DNA from: Parasitella parasitica NRRL 2501
Taxonomy: Eukaryota; Fungi; Mucoromycota
Direction: 5' to 3'
Length of the DNA stretch: 64,000 nucleotides
NCBI GenBank assembly: GCA_025201805.1
Contig: MU619252.1
Location: 186,001-250,000 of the forward strand
The translations under genes and the position numbers were made by a program. The notes below the pieces were generated by a model. That model was not told the DNA's origin. It worked only from the letters and a program-made list of their open reading frames with translations, and did no database searches. Shown piece by piece: positions 35,919 to 49,000 of this stretch; position 1 is the first letter of the stretch; every line of letters begins with the position of its first letter.

Positions 35919-38914
35919 ATGGTTGCAGCAAGCGAACAACCTAAAGGGAACGGCGGATCAGCCTTGAAAAGGCTCAAGAAATCTCTCCAAGCTGCTGGTG
36001 TCGTCGGCCAGTCGTCCAAAGCCAGTCGATCCAAGAAGGATCGCAAAAGAGGTGCTCCTACCGAAGCAGGAAAGAATAATGCCGATAAAAAGCTCTCACT
36101 CATCCGTGGCGAATTCAATCCTTTCGAACACAAACATCAAAAGACAAAGTTTGAAATTCTTGGCAGGAAAATGAAGGGTTCTTCGGGAAAGCCTACACTG
36201 AGTAAGCAAATTGGTGAGGAAAACGTACGTACATTTGACATTACATGTTGATGCAATCATGTGTGCTTATATGGCTTTTCTTTTGCGTCTAGCGAAAGAG
36301 AACATTGTTGGTCGAAATGAAGAACAAGCATCGCCATGGTGGCATTATCGATAAACGTTTTGGTGAGAACAATCCAAACATGACACCCGAAGAGAAAATG
36401 TTGGAAAGATTCACCAGAGAAAAGCAAAGGTCTTCCCGCACTACTGGTGGATCCATGTTCAATTTGGAGGATGACGAAGACTTGTCTCTTACCCATTATG
36501 GGCAGTCTTTATCTACGATGGATGATTTTGATGATGCCGGCCTTGGACTCAGCGATGACGAGGATGACAGGAAGCAAATGGACAGCAAAATTGTATCTCG
36601 TATGCATTTTGGTGGCTTCGAAGACGATGTGCCAGAGGGAGAAAACGAACGACATAAATCAAAGAATGAAATTATGAAGGAAATTATTGCAAAGAGTAAA
36701 ATGCATAAGATGGAGCGTCAAACTGCAAAGCAAGAAGATGATGAAATGCGTGAGGAATTGGATGATGAACTTGACGACATTCGTGGCCTTTTGAACACCA
36801 AGCCTGCCCGTAAACCATTGCCTTCTCAAAACGCTGTTTTCAAGAGAAACGAAAAGGAAACCTCTACTAGTAAACTGGATGAATCATTGGATGACTACTC
36901 TGAATATGATAAAGCTATCCACGAGCTTGCTAACGATCAGCGTGCTCAGGCTACTGATCGCACAAAGACTGAGGAAGAATTGGCTATTGAAGAAAAGGAA
37001 CAATTAGAAAAGGCTGAGCGTGCTAGAAAGAGACGTATGGAGAGTCTTGATTCTGACAGTGAAGATGAAGGCTCCAAGAAAAAATCTCGCAAGAAGAGAA
37101 AGGGTGCTCCCCAAGGCGATGATCTCGATGATGACTATCTTGCTGAATTGGAGGAAGATGTGAATCAACTTGGCACAGGGTTAACACTTGAGAGTATTCA
37201 AAATGGCTCAGTTGATGACGACGATGAGGAAGGCGAAGAAGGCAGCGATGACCAAGACGATGATGGAAGTGAAGAAGAGGAGGAGGGCGATGACAACGAA
37301 GATGAAGAAACGGATAACGAAGATATTGAAGATGATGACGGAGAGGCCCCAGTCTTTGGTGATGACAATGACGAGGATGATATGAATGAGTTTCATAAAT
37401 CTGGTGTTATACAACCCAAGAAAACGTCTTCCAACACTATCAAATCAGAACAACGAGAGATCCCCTTCACATTCGAATGCCCCGCTACTCATGACGAATT
37501 TTTAAACATTCTTCAAGGTTTAGCTGTCCAAGATTCAGTCGTTGTCACTAAGCGTATTCGAGTTTTATATCATATCAAACTGGCGCAAGAAAACAAGGAC
37601 AAGTTGGCGCAATTTTTGGGTGTACTTGTTGATCATATGGCCTATATTGCATCTACTGAATCACCTTTGCCGACTCAAGTTCTGGAGGATCTCGGAAATC
37701 ACGTACTTGAGCTCTCTAAACAACTCCCTGAAACATCTGCGCAAATCTACAATGCCAAATTGAAGAAAATGCAGTCTGAAATGGCCAAAAAGATGAAGCA
37801 TGGCGGATCATCTTGGCCTGATGTTGAAGATATAGTCTTGCTGCGCTCGATTGGACAGATCTTCTCAACCTCTGATTTGAATCATCCTGTTGCTACACCA
37901 GCATCATTATTCATGTGTCATGCATTGTCTCAATGCCGTGTTCAAACAGAGGTTGATATTGGTCGAGGCTTGTTTCTAACTTTATTAGCCTTTGAGGTAA
38001 GTTACATTAGAAAGAGGTTTTTTGCTGGAAAATCTTATCGGCTTTTTAGTATCAAAAAGTATCCAAACGGTTTTTGCCCGAATGTCTCAATTTCCTAAAT
38101 AGATGCTTTGTCATCTTGGCGCCTAAAACCGCATTCAAAAACCAAAAAATCCCAGGCTCCTTCCCTATCCCGGAGGAGCAAGATGTAGATCTTTCTATAG
38201 AAAAACCAAGCGGGGAAAGTGCAGAATCTATAACCGCAATTCAATTAGCAGCATTAGCGCCAGGAGCCGAATATGGCAAAGATGGTAGCATAAAGCTCAG
38301 TTTATTACAAGGAGCGCTCCGTATGTTTGAACGTTATTTGCAATTGTATGCTTCCACGCCGGCGTTCTTGGAAGTTTTTCAGGACACATTAGAAATATTA
38401 GAGTTATTGGACTTTCAAGAAATAATATGGCACTCGGATATCAAGGTAAAACAGCAACAACCAAAAAAANNNNNNNNNNAAAAAAAAAAAAAAAAGAGAG
38501 CTAAATAGAGCAATTCTATAGAATTTACTCAACACCATAAAGAATCGTGTAGAACGACAAATTAAATTCTGCAAAGAGAAACGTACAAAAACACCGCTTA
38601 GAATGCAACAGCATCGACCCATACCCATTGCTCAACACCTCCCCAAATTTGAAAAGGCTTATTCTATGGATAAACATTATGACCCTGATCATGAGCGTTC
38701 TCAAATGCACAAGCTTGAATCGCAAATCAAGAAAGAAAAGAAGGGTGCGCTACGCGAACTTCGCAAAGATAATCAATTTATTGCTAGAGAAAAGGCCAAG
38801 GAGCGTAAACACAAGGACGATGAATACAACAAGATGGTTAAGGGTGTGATGAACATCTTGGAAGGCGAGCAATCCGAGATGAAACGTTTAGAACGTGAAA
38901 AGGGTAAAAAATAA
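35919..38914 (+). CDS. NOP14: Nucleolar protein Nop14 (SSU processome)
   Basis: NPFE...KFEILGRK, DKRFGENNPNMTPEEKMLERF, KSKNEIMKEIIAKSK and KKEKKGALRELRKDNQFIA. Three introns; a 10-N gap lies in the last one. Confidence 0.95.
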
Positions 38915-39223
38915 AGCTTCTTTTGGCTTCTTTACCATAAATAGATATAGCCATGTTTCGCTGGTAGCGTAATAAAAGGCATGATTTTTTATCTTGTGTA
39001 CCATTCTATTGAAAAAGGTAAAATCCATGTAGAAAGTAGCTTAAAGTATTTGAACACCGTCGTGTGATGAGTGATTCCGTCTGATTCATCTAATGGCACT
39101 TGGAAATGATGAAAACATACAATTGGCTATGTGTACAATAAACCGTTTAATGCAGGGTGTATGTTAAATAGCCGGTATCTGTCATGTGTAGCCAATCCTA
39201 AACAAGGTATTATCAAGTTTTTT

Positions 39224-39849
39224 TTACATGTCCATCATTGGATGCTCTCCTTGCCAGAATTCAATTCCACCAGCAACCCCAGTGTCAAGAATATTCTGCC
39301 CAAACGGCTGCAATTCCAATCGATCGTACTTCAGCTGCCAGTAGACGATTCCCCCAACGACCACTTTGAGAAAAATACCGCAATTTTTCAAACACAATTC
39401 GACATCCTAAAACCACATCATAAAAAGATGCATAATACACAATGGATATTCTCAGTGGAGGTTTCCAATGTTTTGGCATGGTTTCCTAATTGAGCTGTGA
39501 TTACCTTGGCTTTGGTTCTGTTTTCAACATTCTCTTGCAGCCATCTCTTGATTTCCTCTAGTGTCATTTTTTTAATGGCTTTACTTGATATAGCCTGGGA
39601 TATGAAAGGACTTAATTTGCTGCTTTGTGGGACCAAAGAATCATGGTAATAACTGTTTTGATTTGCCAGCGAAAAATCGAACGTTCTACAATGAAAACCC
39701 TTTTTACTGTCTTGCAATTGAAATTTTTTTGAGACAGAACACATTCTTCTCCATATGTCTGGCAATTGAGGATCCACTAACGTGCTTGTCATTTTTACGC
39801 TATCCTTATCAGATGCATCCGCCAATAAATGCTTATTTCTCGTAGTCAT
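39224..39849 (-). CDS. Hypothetical protein (2+ exons)
   Basis: ORF MTTRNK...TKAK joined by a phase-0 GT-AG intron to DVELCLK...EHPMMDM. The 3' end is uncertain and no family was recognised. Confidence 0.4.
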
Positions 39850-40493
39850 GTTGTTGAATGACCCAAATAATTTCATTTAGACCTCTAATCTCGATTGCGA
39901 TCTCTGGACAATATATTATAATTTATGTGTCAGACCGTGTGTTGCCAAAGTGTCACCTGCTAATAATAGGAATTAATGTGATACAAGGAAAAGAGTTGAA
40001 GCAACAAAGGGTGTCGAATGGCAAAGAATTTGAGCGGAAAAAATGCCCTTCGATCATACAAATAAGCAAACAGTTGACATCCTAATCCAATTCATGGTGT
40101 ACGGGAATTATAAACGGGTTTGTATGTTGCCAATTGTTTAGCATCGATACGAATCTCCTTGTAGAAGAATATGGAATTTTTTCAAGATAAATTGTTACAC
40201 GGGATGTGCGGTAAGTGATATCATTGAAACCAGTCTAATATTTATAGGTGGGTAATTTCAATGGAAGCAGATTCCACAAGGAGATCTAGCTCTCCTCAGA
40301 ACACTGATGTCATTTGCCATACCCTTTCTGGGCGTCTGAACCCAACACCATGGCAAGCATTGACCTTTTTGGTGATCTTTTGGTTTTACAAGAACGAAAA
40401 AAGTCAAAATAAATGTGTATATAAATGCAGGTTTTATTTTGCTTTTTCTCATTTAAAACTTGAATCATACTTGTAAATTACCCAGAGTCTTTT

Positions 40494-40496
<3 letters not shown>

Positions 40497-40531
<35 letters not shown>
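40497..40531. repeat. (CT)n microsatellite 5' of the bZIP gene
   Basis: About 17 CT units. Confidence 0.9.
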
Positions 40532-40533
<2 letters not shown>

Positions 40534-40593
40534 ATTAAAGCAACTCTCTCTCTCTTTCACATTTTTCACACAGAAAGTTCAATATCAAGCAAA

Positions 40594-41795
40594 ATGATGG
40601 CAGAAGGTGCGATTTTTTTTCCCTCTGTTTTCAGCTTTTTATCAATAAAACTAACATTTTACTGATAGAAAATTCGTTGATTGGACTCGCGACTCCCACT
40701 CGCTTCCTCATCGAAAATGGAGAATGGAATCTCACACCCAGTTTAACTGGCTCCTTTCAGCATGAAATCAATCCCTTTGATGACTGTAACTATCAGCAAC
40801 GCTATGATCCCATAAAAGCTTCAGAAGCGCCTACAGTAAAGTGGATGTCTCCTCCTGCCTCGGCTTCTTCTCTTCCTGCCTGTATGCCAGCTAATGCTGA
40901 ATACAACGCAAATGTCACTTTTAATTCGTCTGAACCAGACCTTGCAAAGATAAAGTCTCCTCCCACACCGCTCATGTCTCTCAGCCAAAGCCCCGGCAGC
41001 TCTACCACTACTTCATTCACCATGAATGATCTGTTGGTCGATATACCCAATCAACAAGACAACATGACTACTGAAGCCCTTGGCCCATCACCTACCGCAT
41101 ATTTCGATGATGAGCCTACACCTCGTCGTCGTAGCAATTCAACCACTCGAATTACCAGATCCGTAGCAGCGTCCTATGACAATACGGAAGACCGTGGCAA
41201 CAGTGCCAAATCTATACAAAGTGGACGTAAGCGACGCATTGTCTTTGAAGGAGACGATGCAGAGGACCGTAGAAAGAAATTCTTGGAACGCAATCGTGTT
41301 GCTGGTAAGTGGTCAAGCTTATATTCAGATATGTTTGCTCTCTACATGCACAAGATATTAATCTTCTCTATTATAGCCTACAAATGTCGTCAGAAAAAGA
41401 AAAACTGGATGCAAGATCTTGAACAAAAGGCAGAGCTTCAAAATAACCAGAATGAAGAGCTTCGTAAACTAGTAGCAATGCTCAAAGAAGAAAGCATGTA
41501 CCTTCGTAATCTGCTCTTGACGCATGGAAACTGCGACTGCGACTCAGTTCAGGCCTATCTTCGCAAACAATCTGCTGAAATCACAAATAATATTGTGCCA
41601 TCAAGAAGAAATTCATCTGAATTCTCCACTATGCCCTCCTTTTCAATTAGCCCATTCACTTCCTCCTCAGCCACGGCTGCAATGCCCTCTTTGAATGAAC
41701 AATCCACGGGTTTAACGCCATTTCTAGATACAGTGGTCAACAAGGGACCTCAAGATCCTACAGACTATTTCTCAACATCTCACACTGAAGCTTAA
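40594..41795 (+). CDS. bZIP transcription factor, ATF/CREB (Atf1-like)
   Basis: LATPTRFL, NPFD, RRKKFLERNRVAAYKCRQKKKNW (after splicing) and a leucine zipper ending LLTHGNC. Confidence 0.9.
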
Positions 41796-42537
41796 GTCTA
41801 TATTATTACCCATCTTGCTTTTTGCTATAATCTTTCATTGTAACTTACTCGACCTTTTTATTTATATACGGAACTATGCTGTTTTTATATGAAAGACACT
41901 TGATTGTCACTTTCTTTTTTCTTCCATGCTTATGAATTTTCCTCTATCTCCCTATTATGTACATATTCTTATCTCGATATCATCAACAATGCAATAAAAA
42001 AAAAACCAGATGTTTTAACACAATACCATGCATTTTTTCCTTTTAGTTTGGTGCAACCCAAGTCTATAGACCAAAGCAGAAACAAATCAAGATTCGAATG
42101 TGGTGAAATTCAAATCTAGTTGCAAAAATGACGTTTCTTTTATTCTAAAAGGTTCTATGTGGTCTTTTTTCAAGAAAAACATAAACTATGAATGTACTTG
42201 TACGACATCTAGAAGCTATAAACAATAATGCCGAGTTTTTAACTAAAACATGATTATTAATAAACCCAATTTATTGTACCACAACTATCGGTTGAAAGGT
42301 CTATTATTCTCAATAAGCATGCCCACATTAGAATAACGCCACGGCAAAACCATCAAGATGTATATATACATCGTTGCCATGATACCACATAGATATGCAT
42401 AGATGGTGTAGCCAATCAATGGTGAAATGTGCCTACGTTGCTGATCATATGCGTGTATAGGTACCTTTATTTAGCGCACGACACGACCCTCAAGAATTCT
42501 CCCGTTCCTTTTTTCCACTTTTAAACAAAAAGAAACG

Positions 42538-45060
42538 ATGGTAAAGAAGCACAGATCGTTTCTCTGTGCGTTAATCGTAAGTATCTCTATCGTTGATGCC
42601 GTACATGGTTTGTACATAGACAAAAGACAGCAGAAAGACGCGGCTAAAACGCCACCTCTCCCTCATTTGCGCCCGTTGATTTGGGGTGATGTTAACTTTA
42701 TCCATACGACTGATACACATGGTAAGTCCTAATCAAACATACTCGTACTATATAATATACTCATTACGTGCCCTATTTATATCATTATGATACAGGCTGG
42801 TTGGAAGTAAATATTGTTGTTTTGTTTACAAATAGTCGCCCAATATCTCAAAAATCTATTAGGGTCATGTGTTGGAAGGCTCGTTCAATGGCGATTTAGG
42901 CGATTTTTACTCGTTTACCGTAAATATTGTGCTTTAATTATTAGCGTGAATTCTGTGGTCATTTAATGATGGGGCTAACCTTATAGGCTAAAATGAGGGA
43001 AAAGGCTCGTCATTTGAAAAAGGATTTGTTCATAGTCGATACAGGAGACACTCATGATGGCAATGGTCTAAGCGACATTACGGATCCAAGAGGCTTGATT
43101 TCTCAACCACTGCTGACAAATATCCCGTATGATCTGTTGACTATCGGTATGTATATGTAGTCTGTTTGGAGATGAATGCAAACTGAGATTTTACATTTTA
43201 CCATATAGGTAACCATGAGCTTTATGGTAGGTTGTTTTGTCAGGATCGTGTGCCCATTTTGCAAAGCAGCGGATTAACCTTGCCTCCTCATGAACGCCAC
43301 TAGTAAATGATGTTACTGTAGACACGGTTGAAAACTTTATACCACACTGGAAGGACAGATATTTAGCCGCCAACGTCTATTTTAAGGACATCACCAACAA
43401 CAAAACAGTTCCCATTGGGTTAGTTGGACAGAAACCTTCTATATCAATACAAATACTAATAACTGCTAGACACATGTAGATCAAAGTTCACTTATTTCGA
43501 AGGTGAATTCGGCACCAAAGTTTTGGCTTACGGTTTTCTGTTCAACTTTCAGAAGAATGGAGATAGGTCGATGGTACGAAGCGTGAAAGACGAAATACAG
43601 GAACCGTGGTTTAAGCAATCGTTGGAAACTCATGAGCCCGATGTTATTGTCTTGATTGGCCATATTGGATTAAGATTTGAAGAATTTCACGTTCTGATTG
43701 AAGCGATCCGAGAGTATTTCCCAACGATGCCAATCGCCGTTTTGGGTGGACACACGTACGTATTATTGAACAGCAGCGTTTAATTATTTAGGCAAGCCGT
43801 TTGGAGCTCATTTTCTTTTGTTTATTTGTAGCCATATCAGAGATGCTGTCAGATATGATGCATGGGCAGCAGGAATCGAATCTGGTAGGTATCTGGAAAC
43901 AATTGGATTTTTCTCTGTGCAGGTAATGTGTCATTTGTGTCCATAGCCAGATCTGCTACTAAATGTATAAAATTACGTATAGGGTGTAACAAACAAAAAC
44001 GCCATGTCCAGAGCATCGAACAATGTGACATTTCATCGTCGCTATCTCGATCAAAATCGGCCAACCTATCAATTTCACTCTTCGCTCGATTCTGAAAATC
44101 ATGTAGCAAGCAGCGAAAATTTTGATACTCCATTAGGGATCGAAATGACGAATCTCATCTCGGAGCTTCGTGGCACCTATGGCCTCTCCAAAAGGCTAGG
44201 ATGCGCGCCCCACGATTACAGGCTGCAGTCTGCTCATCCTAATCAAGAATCCAGCGTATTCCATTTATTAACTCAAGGTTAGTTACAAGCACATGCAACA
44301 ATACACGCGGTTTGGCTCACACAAATCACAACGACAGAGGTATTGCCATTAGTAGTAGCCGATTTGAATCGGCCCAATCCCGCTTACTTTCTGATCAACA
44401 CTGGAGGCGTTCGATACGATATATTCAAGGGGCCGTTCCTATTAGACAACATGTACCAGTTGTCTCCCTTTGAGGACGATTTCTATTCCATCGAAAATGT
44501 TCCACACCACATGGTACGACAGCTGCTCCCAAAATTGAACCGAGAAGGAGAACAGACATTTAAAAAAAGAGACATTTGGCCCTACATGTCGGACAAGACA
44601 GATTTTGCAAAACGTGGCAATTTTGCTCAACTGAGAGATCAAACCGGCAGCCAGAATGTTGACCGACATGGCAGCGGTGGCGGCCTTGTTCCTGGGTATG
44701 TTACCATGGATGATTTTGGCATTGATGGTATGTTGTATTTTTTTTTTGGCAGGAGCGACGTAAACGACTCGGTGATACTAAATATCGATCACAGGCGATG
44801 ACACTGCTCATATTCCAATTCCCGATTTCCCCATACCTGCATTTGTAGGATCTTCTCTCCCCACAAATATAGCTGATGACGACTTGATTGATGTTGTCTA
44901 TCTTGATTTTTTTGATAATCAGTTGAGAACTTTACTTTTCGACTTGTCTGGGAAAAATTGGACCGCTAACAAAGAGTATGGTAATCCCAACATTACAAGT
45001 AGCACAATGTGGATACATTTTGCTCAGAAATACTGGAATGCGACTGATCAAACCTGCTAA
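42538..45060 (+). CDS. Secreted calcineurin-like metallophosphoesterase / 5'-nucleotidase (YHR202W-like)
   Basis: Signal peptide, NFIHTTDTHGW, DTGDTHDGNG, GNHELY, GGHTHIRD and ESGRYLET. Many short introns. Confidence 0.88.
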
Positions 45061-45471
45061 ACTCTTTTTTTTTTAAAAAATAAATAAATAAATAAATAAA
45101 TAAATTGAAAGTATTATACTAAGCCATGTCTGTGCTATACGTACCTTTGAATATCATGCATGATGCAAATTCACCTTTGATCGAACAATCTGATGTCTAA
45201 ATAGACCATTATGTGGAGCCGTAATATCCAATGTTTAGGTAAAAAACCTTGGATTTTCGTTATCTCTTATTTTTCCACCATGGGAATATGAACAAAAACG
45301 GCTTTCTCTCATTATACTTGATGTTTAAAGGTCATTTTTAGAGATTAAAAAAAAGGTAGATGTTCATGAAAAACCGATGAGAGCCTTGGAAGGCAGACCT
45401 TGAGTACAAAAAAAAAAGGCAATATATTATCATATGTGAAGCACAAAATATTAAAACATCATAACTCTTAT

Positions 45472-47004
45472 TTATTCTATGTCTTTGAGGGAATTATCGC
45501 CCAGAATAGCAATAGCGGCACCCAAACACCAACCTGTCTCTACACCGTTGATTTTCTTTGCTACTGTCAGCTCCCTGTCATCAGGAATTTCGTACCCAAA
45601 CGATAGCAAGCGATAAATGAACGACAGGTCCAAGCACCACTCAGGACGATCAAGCAACTCGTCTTTCAGCGGGATGTCTGTCACATTTTCGATATATGCA
45701 CCACTGCAAATTGATTCTGTCAGTGATGCCAGTTGAGGCAAGCGGAATGAAGCAGGTAAGCCAAGAGGCTGGGTACGATCATAAAAGTAAGAGAAAACGT
45801 AGATGGGACCCTTTGTAAATGTATCGGCGATGGGAGGCTGGTAGATACCGTCAAAAGAGCAGGGAGCAAAGTCGCAAGATTTGCCCTTATTCAACATTAA
45901 GTCGGCAACACCTAAACAATCAGCATATGATCCAGCACCCAAGAATTTAACGGGTTCAGTTGTCATCTTTGTGTATTCCCAACTGAGGCCTCGAGGTAAG
46001 CAAGCGTGCATCAAGTCATCAGTGGATGGTGTGATGGCAGTGTCCAAGATTTGTTTGTGCATACGCTTACGAGCCTCCATCAATCCGTATCCCAAATACG
46101 AGTGCTGGTAAAGCAGATATTCCTTGCCCTTGTATTTCAGCAGATATTTGAAATCATTATCAGGAAGCTCAGGTAAACTACCATCCTCTAAAACATCAGG
46201 TTCAAATACAATCTGTGTCGATCCACCACCCAAATCCAGAACCGCCGCTGTATGGGGCTTTGCCGATCGAGTCGAATCAAGGTTCCCCAACAGGAAATTG
46301 ACAGTGATCCAAGCATACACACCTTCATCTCTACCGTCCATAATAGACACGCCGTCTTCACCTCCTACAATGGGGAATGGATACCTTGTCTCTAAATGGT
46401 GTCGAACGGCTTTCAATATGTCATCGCCTTTGCTTTGGCCAAGAAGGCGCAATCCAGCAGTGGCCTTGACAGCAATGGGTGTCTTCTTTTGCAAATGCTT
46501 GGGCACTAGCGCTACGGCATCGTCTAGCAAAACATCTAGGGACTCAGCTGCCTGCTGAGGGTTGTCAGGGTATGCAGATAGGCCGGGTATTGTTTGTGCG
46601 AATAATTCCTCCTCCTCTAATCTCACAGATTCGTGGTTGCTGCATTGGTGGAAACGGTAAACATGGATACGAGAGCCTGTTGAGCCGGCATCTATCATAA
46701 GAGCATATCTCTGACAAGCACCTGTGCATATTTCGGTTAGCTTTAACAGTATGTTCTTTTAAAATATAGAACCGAATTTACCTAAACTAATCGAGTTTGT
46801 CAAAGAGAGTAAATCTGGAAACAAGTAGAAGACAGAAGCAAGCAAAATACCGAATGCCACGACCCCCAGGCGGATTTGTATACCGTTCGATGTGCGTTTA
46901 GCGTTTGCGTTTTCTTTAGCTGCCTTTTTGAAACTTGAATATGGCGTTTTTATGGTTGCTCGGCCATTCTTGACTTTGGTGTCTGAGGATTGATCTCTAG
47001 TCAT
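45472..47004 (-). CDS. GDA1: Golgi guanosine diphosphatase (GDA1/CD39 NTPDase)
   Basis: Type II TM anchor and apyrase conserved regions DAGSTGSR, KATAGLRLL, DGRDEG, DLGGGSTQ and GWCLGA. Confidence 0.95.
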
Positions 47005-48242
47005 GATTCTTACGGCTTTATAGATATTAGCTGGTAAACAATGTTATCGCCAAGGTATTTATATGATACAAGAGCCAAATGCAAAAAGGAACACAATGTC
47101 TACTGCGCTCTAAAGAGCGGCTTGAGGACGAAGGAAAGGAGCAAAAAGCACTAGTCACCTCGGGCCGACTTTGAGGAAGTGCAATGTTTACCCAACCCGA
47201 GGTTTCTTGCATTAAGCCGATTCACGGCTTGATTTATGAAAATCTTAAAAGACTATCAATCAAGGAAGTCCTCTGAGCATGTTTTTAAATATGAAAGCTA
47301 TACTCGAAATCAATGGAATAATGGTTATCTTAGCTCTATGACCGTTGATTTATACATGGATAGCACCATACATGTTAGATTGTTTAGTAATTTACCCGAA
47401 AAACTTATTAATTAAAGAATATACATCACACAGCAATCCCTAAGCCAGGAATCATGATTAGCATATGGCTATTGACCGATTGGCCATTAGACAAACACCG
47501 CATGGCCAAGTAAACGCGCCTTGACATGGCAAAAACTTGCTTAATAAAGGATTATTGCTCACATTTACACATGAAACGAATCATATGTTTATAGAGATTT
47601 GAATGATAATACACCAATGATATACAATAATACGATTGAACGCCATTGCTATCATGAGATGTGCTCGGAAAAGCCTTAATTTTATTTTACTCAAGGCATG
47701 AACAATTTAAAAAACTACTACAAACTTATATTAAAAGATTACATGCAAAGAAATAAAGTCTATAGTATGCAGCATCAAGAATCGTCGATCAAAAAAAGTC
47801 AGGACAATATCTATCGTAATCAACATGATATCATTTGTTAACATTGCCGTATAAAATTGTACGCACACCAAAAAAGAAAGCAAATGTCATGGGTCTCTGC
47901 AAAGTAGTACTAAATTAATGCGTAATAAACTTTGTTTATCCTTCGTAAGGTAAATCATCCGGATTACCGAAAATGTTGAGCTCAGGACTATCAACTTTTA
48001 TAATGAAACTCTGCTGAGCATCTTGCAGACTATCGCACTTTTTTATATTGTGTGGTACATACTAGTTCTCCGCATTATCTATTTGATTTGGGACGCTGTG
48101 TGAGTTTAATAAAGCCACAACTGCTTAGTTTTACGCGCAGGCTCTTCTCAATTTCAATGGAAAACCGGTGCTTAGCTTCTATTGACAAGTGGAATGTCTG
48201 TTGTCAATCGTATTCGTCAAAGTCGTGTCCTGGTTTCTATGA

Positions 48243-48500
48243 TTGATCGAGCGAATGCACCTGAAATATTATATGATACTATTCTTTACAATGTGCCTTT
48301 TAATGCAATGTGGATTAGTGAGTTATGTCGCGCTGAGTTATTTGACAAGTGTACCCGTGTGGGCACAGACCTTGGTTGTTTCGCTCGCATTTATAAACTC
48401 CCTTTGTGCTGTTTCTTATATTTATCAACATAAGTAGATAGTTCATATTAAATGTATGTCTCATATTGGGTATACTCAACTTCTTGCTTGATTAGATATT
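48243..48500 (+). CDS. Small hydrophobic (2-3 TM) hypothetical protein; boundaries uncertain
   Basis: ORF 48243-48437 encodes two hydrophobic helices and ends at a GTAGAT-type possible donor, with a downstream TAG acceptor. Confidence 0.3.
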
Positions 48501-49000
48501 TCGGTATTTTTAATACATTTTATTTTTATACAACATCATGTTATTGTTTAATGATTTAGAGTTTGAAACTTCCCTTATAGAAAATGTAAAAATTGCAGTT
48601 CGTTTCTGAATCAAATTTGGGAAGCTGTCATAAAACAAAAAAGCCAAGTACACAAAGGGTGTCATTTACTTATCATACGAGCAAATTACGTCAACCATGA
48701 ACTATTGTATATCGACAGGGAAAGTCTCTCAAATAACATTTATGTAACCTTTGTATAATGTTAATCGAGTGACCCGACTCTACCATATCGCTAGGTACAA
48801 CGTTTGAGAGAAAAACAGATTGCGGATGTTTAATCATTCCATTAGATAATAGTAGTAGTGAATCTTCATTTTGCATTTCTTTTCCTTTTTTTTTTTTTTT
48901 TTTTTTTTGTATTTTATAAATCCACAATCTACTCACAGATGTTGAATTTTAGCGACTAAAGCTTTCAGATGATTATTTTCTCAAATAAAATAAACTAGCA

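Noticed and set aside
38470-38479. X residues in a NOP14 ORF
   Set aside because: A 10-N gap inside an intronic poly-A run; not coding.
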